A stretch of 59,146 nt of DNA, filler included, from Piptocephalis cylindrospora (Eukaryota): assembly GCA_003614145.1 (NCBI GenBank). It is 8 parts of 8 records of this genome, joined end to end, with 100 filler letters (N's around TTAATTAATTAA, not from the genome) between each part and the next. Parts side by side here need not be neighbours in the genome. Positions count along the whole stretch, not along the records: positions 1 to 7,353 come from KZ988210.1; positions 7,454 to 14,794 come from KZ988211.1; 6 more parts are not named here. One strand, given 5' to 3'. Shown one piece after another: positions 1 to 13,300 of this stretch. The notes under the pieces are model-generated. The model made no database searches. It saw nothing but the letters and a program-made list of their open reading frames with translations, and was not told the origin of the DNA. How positions within the stretch are numbered: the first letter of the stretch is position 1; every line of letters starts with the position of its first letter. A program made the translations under genes and the position numbers.

Positions 1-1709
1 GGGGAATCTTATGGAGGCAGCGTCAAGAACTCATGGGTCATCTAAGAAGTAAGACCTTGATGGAAGGATCCAACAGGAAGGAGACTGCAAACGACCTGGA
101 TGAAAAGGGAGAGAAGCAGGAGGAAGAAGAAGAGGATCAGTATGGAAGGACCATTGAGGAGCAAGCCCATCTGGATTCCCTCCTCACCCAGTATATTGAG
201 AGTGTGACCGTCCAGCGAATTATCCTCAAGGGAGGAGCCCTAGATCGGGACGTAAGCCAGGCAAAAGAAATCCTACCTCCAGATGATTCAAGGATTGCAT
301 TACTGAAGTGGAATCCATACTTGATCCGGCCGACCATCCAATTGCTCCGCCAGATATCCGAGCCTCTGGAGCAAACTATGGAAAAGTTTGCCCGTGACCA
401 GGATAAACTACTTCATGCCATGGAGCACGAAGTTATTCTATTACGGCGAGCCTTCAATGCTCGTATCATCTACTATCGGGAACTTCAGATAATCTCGGAT
501 ACGGTGGCTCTACCTGAAGTGATCAGTCTGTACCAGGATGAGGAGCAGCGGAGACGAGAGATGAAATCTTTGGAAAAGACATGTGAGGAATCTCAAGCCC
601 ATTATCGGTATTTGAAGGGGATGTGGAAAGAAGTGACAGATGGTACATCACCGAGACCTTTATCAGATGCGGTAAAAGACCATGGTGCCCATACCAGAGA
701 CGAAAAGCAAGGAAGAGCGTCCATTGTAGAGGAAGAGAAAAATGATGCCACTGCGGATGAAGGGGAAAGTAAAATGCGATGTGCCATCTGTCTGGACAAG
801 GATCTTTCCTCGGTTCGAATGACACCGTGCGCCCATGTCTTTTGTAACGACTGCTTCTTTCGATGGACACGTCAACATCGCCATTGCCCCATCTGTCGAA
901 GGTCATTACCTAATCCTGAGGGAGTCTCTTTGATTAGTCTAACTTCCAAAGGGAGACCTAAAGGAAGAGTGAATGAATCTAATAGGTCACTAGGTCACAT
1001 CCCAATTTACAAGAGTCATGGGGCTAAAGCAGACCACTTAGTGCGGCACCTTATCGATCTCCGTACCAGGGCAAGGGAACAAGGGGAGTTTGGAAGGGGA
1101 AGGGATAAAGTGGTGATTTTCACGCAGTTTCCACGGATCCTTGACCTTTTTATCCCGATCTTCCAGGATCATGGGATTACATTTGTGTCCTTTAGTGGTC
1201 GACATCGAGGCGCGGCTGTCAGTCGATTTTCCGAGGACCCTACCATCCAAGTTTTTCTCCTAGCTGGAAATGCTCAATCAAGGTAAGAATTTTCACAAGG
1301 GCATGGCGTGATGTGTAATACTTTTATGCTGACACTGCCTTCCTTGAACAGTGGAGTGACACTGGTTGGTGCACAGCATCTTATCCTTTATGAGCCCATT
1401 GTCAACCCAAGTGTGGAGTTGCAGATCATTAATCGAATCCACAGAATTGGTCAAACCCGCGAGACCCATGTGTATACCTATCTGACCCGTGGAACAGTAG
1501 AGGAAAGGATGATGAGGATAAGGGGAGGGGAAACCCAGGAGGAAAGTACGCTCCTAGCTAGCAACGCCATCGATCACGTCCAATCTCGAGGCGCTCAATC
1601 GGATCATGAACAGCAGTCTTACTTTTCCCCTGAAAATATCTGGGCTATCCTTAGGGATGAGGGTGGTGAAGATGTCAATGAGCAAGGGGTTCATCCAAGT
1701 CAAGTGTAG
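1..1709 (+). CDS. SHPRH/Irc20-like SNF2 helicase-RING E3 ligase, 3' part (5' truncated by contig start); intron 1283-1351
   Basis: C3HC4 RING (CAICLD...PCAHVFCNDC...CPICR) followed by a helicase C-terminal domain (KVVIFTQF, SGVTLVGAQHLILYEP, QIINRIHRIGQ, TVEE). A GTAAGA...GCTGAC...AACAG intron joins ORFs 33-1286 and 1308-1709. Confidence 0.85.
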
Positions 1710-1796
1710 TGGATCCGTTAAATTGTGCTAGTGATGATCATCATGGCAATAATAATAATAATACATTATCTCTACAAAAGTATAATCCACATTTCC

Positions 1797-3169
1797 TTAC
1801 TCATCACTGTCGCTGGTATAGACAAAGCTAACCAGTCCGCTTGCTTTGCCTTTTCCTGAGGGGTCTCGGGAGTGGGATGTGGTACCTGGACTAAAGGATC
1901 TTTCTTCCTTGGATACATGGTCTTCCCTCAATGGCCTTTCTCGTCTTTTCTCATCCGTTCGATCCAACATCCGTCCCTGATCCTTGAGTTTCGGCGAAGC
2001 CTGAAATGTGGTTCCAGGTCGCATCATCCCTTGAACAAAAGGATCATACTTGAGACGAGTATTGGTTACGAGTCGATCCCGTAGTCTTCCCACGGCCCCC
2101 TTTTCCCTACCCTTCTTCCCTGAAGATGGCTTCAAGAGAGGGCTGGCCATCGTGGATCGTTTCTCATCTACCAATCCCTGGTCTATGCTCGAAGGGAAGA
2201 GTGAGTAGGGTTCCCTGAGGGGTGATTTACTCGCCATTGGTCATAACAGAATGAACTTACCCTGAAAAGCTGTCAGCTTGGCCTTTTCCTCGTCCTCCGC
2301 ACATGGAGCGAGGAGGGGAATTGAAAGAGAATATCTATCCTGAATCCGACTGTCCTTTTTAGATTCTTCATCTCGTAATGCCCGACCTTGACGGAAGAGA
2401 TGGCGAGCGCGTTGGTTCTTCTCAAAAGGATCCTCCCAGTGTGTATCAGAGACCTGCTGGAGCTCGGCGATCCTCTTCTCGGCCTCACGTTTCCGCCTCT
2501 TCTCCTCTTCTTCATATTCGGCTCGGGCAAAGGAATTTACCTCTCGCCTTTCCTTGTCTCGTGCCTTCCGTTCCTCCTGCTCCTCCTGTTCTTCTGGAAC
2601 CTCAGCCCTCTTTCTCGCGCCAGATACGACGATATATTCTGAATTCTGTGCTCACGAGGGATGGCTGGTCAATGGTATTGCTAAGCTATCAAAGAAAAAA
2701 AGATTAATCCCATTTACCTTTGGGTCAGTGTGAATTTCAAACCATTGACTACAGGAGGGGCATTTCATGCGAAAGGACCATACAGGGGTAGTATAATAGG
2801 AGCCGACTCGTTTCTTCTCGGCGTTGAATCGTGAGGCCGAGAAGAGGATCGCCGAGCTCCAGCAGGTCTCTGATACACACTGGGAGGATCCTTTTGAGAA
2901 GAGGGTTAAGAAGGGTTTGGTGGTCTGGTTCTAATATTTACTGAAAGAATGGCTTACCGAATGACCAAGATGCCCTGATCCAGCTTGCGTGCTCGTTTCC
3001 GAAGGACATGACTACCTTGAGCCTTATTGAGTCCTCCCTTTCAAGGGGTTGTGGAAAAGCAAGGTGAGAGGTTGCAGGCTTGTTCTTGCTCACAAATAGG
3101 GATGCATCTCACCTTGCTTGGGTCATAGTCTGGGGGATAATACTTGTTGATGGCCTTTCGGTCAGCCAT
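1797..3169 (-). CDS. YJU2B: YJU2B/CCDC130 (Saf4-like) splicing factor, multi-exon; the exon carrying the first CxxC is disrupted as assembled
   Basis: N-terminus MADRKAINKYYPPDYDPSK, then RKRARKLDQGILVIR, RFNAEKKRVGSYYTTPVWSFRMKCPSCSQWFEIHTDPK, WEDPFEKN; C-terminal GLVSFVYTSDSDE. Confidence 0.85.
2417..2902. repeat. Perfect 73-bp inverted repeat pair (2417-2489 and 2830-2902)
   Basis: TCTTCTCAAAAGGATCC...GGCCTCACG at 2417-2489 is the exact reverse complement of 2830-2902. Confidence 0.95.
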
Positions 3170-3552
3170 GGTGTTGAGAGACAAAGGAGAGACGGAGAGC
3201 TGGAGAGGAGAGCTGGAGAGAAGGAAGAGGGAGGGGTCGATGGATCCCCCGTCTATCTCCTGTGACTTAATATTATTATTATTCACGGCGTGCTCAGACG
3301 TGAATATTAACTAGGGGATATGGGTAAAGCATGACTTCTTACTGAATTGATGACATAGGGGCTTGGGTGGAGAAGTCCAAGATCCACGCTACTTTCTATT
3401 CATCCAAGAATAATTACTTGACATTGGTGAATATTACAAAAACAAAAAAGACAGATTTCAATTGCATTCCTACAACGAATCCCTTTTCTCCAATCGAGCA
3501 TACCATCACCACATCCCCATCCCGTGACCCACGAGGTCAAGCAGCTTTGAGG

Positions 3553-6500
3553 TTAGTTCGAAATGGCACGATCGCCCTTCCCAAAGCATTTTTGAGCATG
3601 CTTCCACCAGTAGATCTCCTGGACTTTGACGGCAACATTCTTGGATGAGGAGGCAACAACCCACTGGTGACACCGAGGGCATAGAGCCTCCTTGACGCCA
3701 CGATAGCGATTGAAGCGCATGGCTGAGGGGGCTGGGAAGGGGAGGAAGGTGTGGGAGCTGATGCCATGGTGAAAATTCATGTGGTACCAGTAGGCACTGA
3801 ATTTCATGCGGAACCATCGAAGGGTAGGACACAGAGGGCACAGACCAGACTTGAAGGACCCTTGCCCCAAGAGCCATCTTGGGGTATACATGTCGGACCG
3901 GGTCTTCGGAGTCTGGAGAATGGCATCAGGTTGGGGGGGGTTGGGGCCTTTCATCGGAAAGACCTACAGGCCATTCGATGGCCGAGTGAGGATAGATATG
4001 CCTTTCCCGGAGGTAGGGCTCAATGGCCGATTCGGGGAGCATGTCGTAGCCATCCACTAACTGGTTCGAGTCATCGGCTGGGGAATGAGGGGGCTTGCCC
4101 TCGAACTTTGACTTTTTTCTCATGGGCGATGCATCAGTTGAACTTTCACCCTCTCCTTTGGCATGGTGGTGGTTTAAGGGGGGTGGTGGGGGCGGAGGAG
4201 GACCCATACCCATGCCACTGGCGTCCATCATCATCCTTTTTATGGCGGTAGTAGTGGTCTCGGAGGGGTGAGGGTTGGGTTGAGGAGGGTGAATGGAGGG
4301 ATTGGGATCAACTGTGGTCCTCGTGGAGTGTTCCTGGACCAAGGGTCCAGATTCACTAGGAAGTTTGAAGGCGGGAGGATAATTATCCTCTAGATCCCGA
4401 TCCTTCCTCTTTCTCCTCCCTCTACTACCCTTTTCATTCTCGAGTTCCTCTGGCCTTGAGGCATTCTCTCTACTATTTACTCCTCCTTCACTGCCCTTCT
4501 GCGTAGCACTCCCCTTGTCTTCCACTTCCTCCATTTCCTCAAAGAGTGGGGGAGGGTAGAGATTCAGGGCCCTTGGAACCCTCCTCCCACCCATCCTCCA
4601 CTTTTCGGCGCCTTCAGTAAAATGGGAGGGGGGGAAGGGTGTGGGGTTGCTCTGACCCTCAGATAAACCTTCCTTGGCCTGGCACCGTCGACAGGACCAG
4701 TCGCCCAGGAGAGAAGAAACCAGGTCAACATCCTCGATGCACCGACGGTGAACCCTTCCTCCACCGCAGCCAGAGCAAAAGAGGGCTCTAGAGGCTTGCT
4801 CTGGGGTGAATCCCCGCTCGCACTCCCAACAGAGCTTGGCCCAATACCTGGGCTGGGAAGTGCCTAGGTCCTCTCGGGAGGAGGAGGGTAATCTAGAAAG
4901 GTACTCCAGGAGGTCAGGGACGGTAAGGTAGCCGCCTGGATCAGTATCCAGGGAGGCTTGGTCCCTTAGTGGGACGGGTGAGGCGTCGAGAATGGTCTCC
5001 ATGCGAGTCTCCAAGGACCGAAGGCTACGGTCCAGCTTTTCTCTCTGATAAAGGATATCAAAGTACTCCTTGGATATTGAGGTGAGAGTCGGGTCATTCT
5101 CTAAAAGCTGGCTACATTTGACTATCATCTTATCCTCCTGTTGGTCGGTAAGGCGTAATGGGCTTGGAGGGGAGGGAGGGAGAAGCTTTCCTGAATCTTC
5201 ATCTCCTTGGGCTTGCTCATCCTCTCGTTCAACTTCATCCTACACAGGTTGGTATCATGGAGATGAGGGGCTATTCTCATTATGAAGGACCAGATGACCC
5301 AGGCGATGCGAGTGAGAGTTATGGGTAACTTACAAGAAGATTTGCAGCCTGGACCAGGAGTTCTAAAGACTCATCGGTATCATTGCCTTTTTCCCTCTCT
5401 TGGGGCCGGTGATTGTCCTTGGAGGGAGATGGAAGGTACTTGGAGCGCTGAGAAGAGACAGCAAGACTTGATTGATGGGTGTTTGCCGGTTGAGATGGCC
5501 TCATGACATGAGCACCTTCCTCGTTAATCCTTACATCCCTTGGGATCTCAGAGGGATAGTTAGGGGCGGGTAGGGGACGGTATTTCTGAATCTTGGCATG
5601 GGCCATATCAGCCCAAGCAGAAAGTCCATTGGGCTGGCCCTGCCAGAGAGGATTGGATGCAGCCCAGGAAAACCATTGAACAAACTGGGGCGGTACGCGA
5701 GTGGTGGTGAATACGAAGGGGAAGGAAGGGGTAGGTAGGGGATGACTGATTAAGGAAAAAATTAGACATACCTGAAGTGGAGGCCTCCGAATGTGGGAAG
5801 AGTGAGTGGGACAGAAAAAGACATAGGGATCCGCCTCGGGTGAGGCTTTATCCCCTGATCGAACGGTTTCGGAGAGTAAGCCAAAGGCATGGGCACACGA
5901 GGGGTGCATTCTTGCTGAGCAATCCTGCGTGGTACATTCCTATTTGGCGATATGGGAGAGACGGTTAGAGCAAGAAGAAGGTAAAAAGAGGGATAGGCAA
6001 ACGTACCAGGGTGATCGACTGCCCCTCGTTGACCCTCCAGTCTCTTTCGCAAATCAAGCATTCCTAGGGAGACGGAGTCAGTGGATCATTCAAAGACAAT
6101 GGTCGGATACCAAAAGGCCCATGATTAATTATGAGAAAGTGTGAAAGGGGGAAGACTTACACGACCACATCGTTGCTGGATCTCTGAGGTGATGACAATG
6201 TGGGATTGGCCAGCCGGGTCCCTCAGTGCCGACATTTCTGGATGGATGAAAAGGTCAGTTGGAGGAGGATTGATGATTTAGAGCTGAGAAAGTACAGCTG
6301 GTGTTTTGTGTTGCACACCCGCACATACCAGGAGTCCAGATGCAACAAATGATGTGGGCCCAGCCATCATGAGGAGGAGCCAATCTCCTGAGCACACCTC
6401 CAGGCAGGGAGCACACCGCACACTATTCAGAAGGAGGAGTATGATTAGAGAGATTATGCCTTGCTCAGCTCGCCCACAGGAACGGCAATGCTTACTTGGG

Positions 6501-7178
6501 CATCCAGGACAGAGAGCCCCCAGGAGCATCGTTCACACGTCCATGGAACCCCCTCTTCTATGGTGGGGGGCCATGGGAAGCCATTGCAGGCTGGGGGAGA
6601 GAGATATGTGAGTCTAGTGAGGTGGTGGAGAGAAAAAGAGAAAATCTCCCAAGTTTCCTCCCCTCCTCCTCCCCATAAAGGGATGGGCCAAGCAAGTATA
6701 AACCGCATGAACAGAAGCAAAGGCTTACATCGATGGACAATGACATCACAAGCTGGATTGGAGCAAGAAGCCCAGCCATTGCTACTTTGATAAAGTTTAT
6801 CATCCAGACAAACACCACACATCTTTGGTCGGGTCATTTGCTGTATGTGCAGGAAAAAAATAGGCTGTTGAGTAGGGCGTGCGCAAATGGGGCTCTGGCC
6901 CTGTTGAGCCCGATCAAGGGGGAATGAATGGCGTGCCATGTCCCCCATGATCCATTAGAGTGGAATGTGACTTACCCAGTGCTCTAACCTCTTGGAGAAT
7001 TCATTGTTCCATTTGGAGGCCATCTCATGCCTGGATGGATGAGGGATCTGAGGTGGATGGGACATGGGTTGGGTGGGATAGGTGTATCCCGGGTAGGGTG
7101 GTATAGGGTAGGATGCAACTGTGGTCTCTGAGCCCCTCGGGGGATATCTTCTGGATGAAGCATCACCCCTGCTTCCAT
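3553..7178 (-). CDS. Multi-exon chromatin/transcription protein: N-terminal PHD and extended-PHD-like fingers, central PHD-like finger, C-terminal Rua1/DUF4451 domain; start codon uncertain
   Basis: CGVCLDD...SCSNPACDVIVHR...WTCERC; HPSCAH...FFCPTH; CWEC...FCSGC...VHRRC...WSCRRC; C-terminal DMYTPRW...GLCPLC...SAYWYHMNFHHGIS...CPRC...WWKHAQKC, typical of DUF4451. Confidence 0.7.
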
Positions 7179-7353
7179 ACGGTGGATATGGGGGAGGGGG
7201 AGGGACCTAGAAAGGGGAAGCGGAGATGGATAAATGTGAGATCGGGGATAAAGGGAAAGGGGCACACACATGTGGATGGATGCATTGTGTGTGTGTGTAT
7301 GTGTGTGCATGCATATGTGTGGTTGTCGGTGTTGGTTTGGAGAGTAGTCATTT

Positions 7354-7453
7354 NNNNNNNNNNNNNNNNNNNNNNNNNNNNNNNNNNNNNNNNNNNNTTA
7401 ATTAATTAANNNNNNNNNNNNNNNNNNNNNNNNNNNNNNNNNNNNNNNNNNNN
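7354..7453. other. Artificial contig linker N44-TTAATTAATTAA-N44 (also at 14795-14894, 22215-22314, 29623-29722, 37030-37129, 44416-44515, 51783-51882)
   Basis: The same 100-bp spacer with stops in all six frames occurs seven times and separates size-sorted contigs. Confidence 0.98.
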
Positions 7454-8238
7454 AGGAGGGTAAGGGAGTGTGGACATGCGTAGCCTGATGACACCGGGAC
7501 GGATGGACTGAGAGGAGAGAGGAGAAACTTACCCTGCAGGTCAAGAGACCAAGTAGGCGAGAGTCCATGAACTTCTTTGCCAAGATGCAACAGGCTTCCC
7601 CAGATCCGTGGAAATAAAGATAGGATGGTTGGCTACGAGCTCTGCAACGTCTATATCGCCAATCCTGAAGATGGAGATCATTCCCGGGAGTAACGCCGAG
7701 ATAAAATTAAAATTGAGGCGGCGAGACACATGGTCAGCATGGCGAGGGGAATGCCAAGGCCAGCAGAAGATCCAGGAGGAAGGTGATTCACGAGATCATT
7801 CTAGGGATGATGGGCAAGGAGGATAAATGCTGACCGCATACAATCAAGACTGGTTTAAGTCGGAGCATCCCAGGCCAAGTGGATCGACTGTATTTTTGGA
7901 TGTGACGGGGAAGAGGCAGTCGGTCCGTCTCACAATCACAATGACCACCCTAAATAGCAGATGGAGAAGGGGCAAGGCTGATCTTTTGATGTAAACATCA
8001 ACACCCATGGGCGCTGCATTGGCAAGGGGATGAAGCTGACTACAAGGCTAACGTAAGCCGGCTGGGAGAGAATGGCCAAGGAAGAGCGTTTGACTCAACT
8101 CCCTCGGGGCAGCAAGCCCCACCCCTCCCTCTCCCTCCCTCTCTCTCTCAATATTCTCTTCTACCCATCCCCTGCTGTATTCTGCATTTACCCCATCTCT
8201 GTCTACCTTCCTGAAACACCACCCTCAAGATATTCAAT

Positions 8239-9751
8239 ATGAAGATAGGTAGGCTATCCATATCGATGAGGGATGACAGGTGATCAGCGGAGATGGGGCT
8301 CAAAATAGCTAACATGACGCAACTCGGTTGGGTCCGAGTGGAGCAGGTCTAATCCAATATGCCCCGGTCTTTCAAAATCCAAAGGCGACGATGGACCGGG
8401 TAGATCAGCTCCTCGCTCCGTAAGTCATGCCCATACAACGCTTTTAAGATAGTGGTTGGCCTAGCATAGAAGCGCGTAGGATGATTCAATCTACCTGACA
8501 CCCTGCACTCCATCAGTTATTCTGCAGGCGATATGGACCTCCTGGTCTTTCCTGAAATGTCCTTTACAGGTGCGTAATCCCCGATCTAACCCACAAGTAG
8601 CCCCCCCCGTCTAAACCCTCTCATGATGGATTCCCCACACCAAATGTTCATACAATAGGGTATATGTTCAAGGATGCTGCTGAGATTGCCCCATTTCTCG
8701 AAGATGCACGCACTGGACCAACGGCGCGATGGGCAAAGCAACAAGGTAGGTCCAAGCCATTGCATTATGGAGTATCGGAGAGAAGGAAAGAGGGACCCAC
8801 CCATTCACCGCCCCCATTCCATCTGCCTAGCCAATCGACTCGAAGCTGCATTACTCGTCGGCTTCGCCGAGCGCGATCCAAATGGTAAGCTAGGGAGGAT
8901 AAGAGAATTGATGGACATGACCCTTATGCCATCACGGACGATACTAATCCTCTTTATTCAACGATGCTAACCCGCCTTTCGGTGGATAGGCAAAGCATAC
9001 AACTCGGCCATGCTTGTCTACCCTGATATTACAAGGAAGTCTGTCGGGTTGGAGAGAGTGAAGAGCAAAGACCCCTACATCTACCATAAGCACTATCTTT
9101 ACACTGTGGATAAAACTTGGGCATCTCCTGGCCCTTCCTTTGAAGTTCACCAGGCTGGCCTTTGTAAAGTGAGTCTTCACCCACTGGCAGGGGATTTGGC
9201 GAGGGAGGAAAGGCATGGGAAAAACAGCATCCATTCATTTCATCAAGCGCCTCACGCCATCACGCTTATAGATCGGGGTAGGCATTTGCATGGATCTCAA
9301 CTTTGAAGACCCCTTCAATGATCTATCCACTGAAGAAGTGGAGGATGAAAAGGCCAAGGGCCAGCGGGAGATGAGAATGATGATCAAGGCCATGGAACCT
9401 CCCCCCTTTGCCACGTACCATCAATCCCAGCAAACACGACTTCTCTTGTGTCTGATGAATTGGATCGATATTCCCAGAGAGAACACAAGGAAAGAGCCGC
9501 ACTCCCTCGGAAATCTCTCCCACTGGTTTTCCCGTCTCGAGCCTCTCCTCTCCGGAAGCTCTGAAAGCCCTGTCACCTTTATAGCGTGCAATCGCATTGG
9601 ATCCGAGCGTGGGACCGCCTTCTGCGGCACCAGCTGTATTCTGGACCTGGTTCCCGGGGAAGAACCCGTGGTCAGGGCCCTAATGCGCAAAGACGAGGAG
9701 GGGGTGAGGATTGTTCAGGTGAACGGGGATGCACATGAGTTGTTTCTCTGA
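8239..9751 (+). CDS. NTA1: Protein N-terminal asparagine/glutamine amidase (carbon-nitrogen hydrolase family), multi-exon
   Basis: Spliced reading gives MKI..., DLLVFPEMSFTGYMF, TGPTARWAK, VGFAE, YNSAMLV, YHKHYLYTVDKTWA, IGVGICMDLN (E-K-C triad), ACNRIGSERGTAFCGTSCI. Confidence 0.85.
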
Positions 9752-10314
9752 AGCAGTGTCCCCTCCTCATGTAAAGAAAATCATTGTGCATCCTGTAGGC
9801 GTAGGGCTTGTACATCTTTGGGCCGTCCATGCCCGTACCATGTCGTCCCTTTCGGATTATTTCCATAAGACCCCTTTTTGTCACTCAATAACGGTTCATG
9901 CTTCAGTGTTGTACTGACCATGGCAAACGCGTCAAGACGATACAGGAGGTGTTTGGCTAGGTCAACCATTCTGGGAGAGAATGCCTTGCTGGATGTAAAT
10001 TGGCCTAAAGGGGACAAAGTACCTTTAGTCTAATAATAATGTGAAAGTGGGCATGCATTTCTGTAGTGGTAGTATGTTTACCAATCGGGCCTCTAAGGAA
10101 ACAAACATCGAGCTGGCATCACTCGTCACTTCCCCTCCTCCCCCTCTTCCAGTCATCTTATCTTATCCTATCTTCAGCCTATTGTACCTTGCATTTGCCT
10201 ACCTTCTTTGGCCTTTGCCCTCGGCCCATCAGACCTTTTTAACGCTCTGACAGGCTTCACCGACGCGTGATACAACCTCGTTCCCCTCCATTAGGTCACC
10301 GTAACACTAGCAGG

Positions 10315-13300
10315 ATGCAAAAGTACACTGTCCTTTATCATTTGAACAATAGCAAAAAAAACAAAGCTTGGAAGGACGGTAAGTTGGATCACCAGTGTCA
10401 TCCCCCAGACTGGGAGGCAGAGGGGGGGTTCGTTCATACACGCTGATCTTGACCGATCTTTCCTTGTCTAGGTATTTTGACCTTTAACCCACCCACCTCA
10501 AGGGTAAGTGCACATCGATTGAATATACGGTATAGCCCTTCCACCAGTGGATATCACTTATTCCTACATCATCCTGGGTCTGTTCTGTAGCTTGCCTTGA
10601 AAGATGACGAAGGGGGGTACACTGGAAAGGTTGTGATGATGTGAGATGCATGGGGATTTCTTGAATGAGCACTCACCTCTCTTGATCCATAAATAGTTCC
10701 TTTGATCCAAATTTTTCCGGAGCACCCGGCGACATTATTGAGAAGGGTAAATATCTGGTGGACATTCAAGAGCTTATCTCCTCCACCTCCTCGGCACCTA
10801 CCCCGGCCGCTGCTGAGACGGAGGAAAACCAGAATAAAGCCCTCCCACCCCTGTCCATTCCCTCAAAAAGAGACGGTCCTGATCATATACGACGCGAATG
10901 TCCGTCCACCACCCAAAATGCTGGTATGACGATGGATGCACGCGTCACAATCCCGGTGGCTACATCCACGGTGAAGAGAAGAAGAGTAGGGCTGGCCAGG
11001 GGAAAATCCTCTTCGGTTGCTTCTGCAACGCTCGCTACCAGGATGGTGAAAACAGAGGTAGTGGAGCCTACATTTCATGAACTAGACGATCAGTTTCTTC
11101 AAGATCCACTTTCCCTCCCAGCGGTCCCCTCCAAGGCAGCAACTCCTTCGTCGCTTCCTCCTCCCTCCTCCCCATCCAGTGATCCTCCGGTCCGAGTAGA
11201 AACCCGATCGGCGACATCAGCCTTTTCTCCCCCCACCCTGGTCCCCCCCAAGCCCTCTAGAGATAATGCAGCACCAGACTCGCGAAGTACTCTCCCTCTC
11301 GAATCAACAGGTGATAACCTCCACTTCCCCGGAAAGCATTCCCTTCCTCCGAATAAACGCCTTCCACGACCTCAAGATGGAATTCCCGCCCAGTTTTCCT
11401 CCCTTTCCCTGTACTCGAAATCCTTGACCATTGCACTTCATCAGCATATGCACATCCTCATTCATCAGGTGGCTTATGGACTTCATCGATCTCTAGATGC
11501 TATGGATGCTTCCGAGGGTGCGGATCTAGTGGGGGATACCAAGGTGGAGCGGTGGTTACGTAAACGGGGCATCTCTGCCTCCTTGGGCTGCTCGCTAAGG
11601 TATACATTTGCCCCACTCAATTGTCTATTTCCTCTCGTTGATCATATTCCTCTTGTCCTCCTCAAACCAATCCTTATCCTAAAGACCCAGCAGGAGAGAG
11701 GATGGAGGCAAGGCTGACTTGGATTTTACGCTAGTTATCCCGAGGAAAGAGCACCATTCAGCCTATAGCAAGGGTAAATGAGCACAGGAGAGGAGGTGCA
11801 TGGCTAGACCAGGTATCTGCTGATGTCCTTTCTCACCCTTTTTACCACCATATCCCATAGATGATATCTGGGTTATTAGCGGGAAAAGGAGGTTCCCCTC
11901 CGGGGATAACATGACCTTTATGGCCATCAGCACACTACATGGTCCCTCCTCACAGGATGATGGAGGCCATATTCGAGTAAGTATTTGCATGAGATCGAGT
12001 AGGGTATTTTGAGAACTCTGAGAAACCGGTACATATTCCCTCCATCCACACAAACTGTTACGATGAATGTTCCTCTAGGTTCGATGTACAAGTCAGGCAG
12101 GGTCCCGGGCTGCTGCTCATCTCATGCGGACAGCCCTTCCCCTCTGGGCCATCCGCGTCATGAACGCCAGCTCCGAATATACTATGATTGGAGGCGTTTT
12201 GGCTCTAGAGGAAACTCCACTTCTCCGGTGCATCATTGGAATGGGCCAAGATGCCATTGAAGCTACTTCTTTGCCCCAATCTCAAGGGAGACAGGATGAA
12301 ATCTCCAAAATGATGCGGACGGTAGAGGAGTATCAGGGGACATTTAACTTGAACGATGCTCAAACTAGGTAAGGTTTTGATCTTTAGCCCTAGATGCTCT
12401 TAGTCGATATCCCATATGATAGGGGTATGATGTAAGCATCAAGTAACGTTTATCCCTGCTTTCCGTACCCCTAAATGGCGAACATTCGTTAGAGTAATCA
12501 AAGATTTTGCGATGGGAATGCTGTTGGGGGAAGCGACCAGCTCTCCCTCTAGTGCTCCCTCCCCGGTTCAGCTGATTCATGGTACGTTAATGAAGATCCC
12601 CAAGAATTTTTGTGGTGTTTTTAGGATGGTCAGGAACCCTTTGATGCCGTCATGGCTTGAAGAGAATAGTATGATCGGGTTTTGGTATTTTCGTGTCTCA
12701 CTCACATTGCCTTGTCATTAATTTTTCTAGGTGTCTTTGGAGCAGGAAAGAGGTATGTGGTAACAAGAGAGCAATTTAAGATCGTGTGATGATGATAATG
12801 AGGTTTCCTGGAAAAGCACTTTTTCAGCAGTACATGCTCTCTCCCAAGCCCCTAACCTACTTCTTGATCAATAGCTTCCTTATTGCTGTCCTGGTTCTAT
12901 TCACCATCAAGGATCTTCCACACTTCTTGGATCCATCTGTGCCCCCACCACGGGTTCTTGTTGCCGCCCTTACGGTAGGTTAACTCACTCATCCCTCTCC
13001 CTTGAAGGACATGTATGCGCGTATCCTCACGCCTAATTGTCACATATAACCTTTGATTTATTTATAGAATGTGGCAGTTGATAATATCCTTGGCCATCTC
13101 CTTCGGTTAGGGTTCAGGGATTTCCTTCGGGTCGGCAGGTAAGGCTTTGACTTATATTCAAGTAGCATATCTGTTAGTTAAATCACTCAACCATCCTCTT
13201 TTCCTTGTCGGGAGTAGCATGAAGCGGATTCACCCCTCCCTATTTCCCTACACTGATCGACCCTGGACAGGATCGACCAGCAAGCCGGACGAGCCAAGCT

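Noticed and set aside
7454..8100. Possible minus-strand exon fragments at the start of contig 2
   Set aside because: Splice-like signals are present but I could not build a coherent or recognisable protein.
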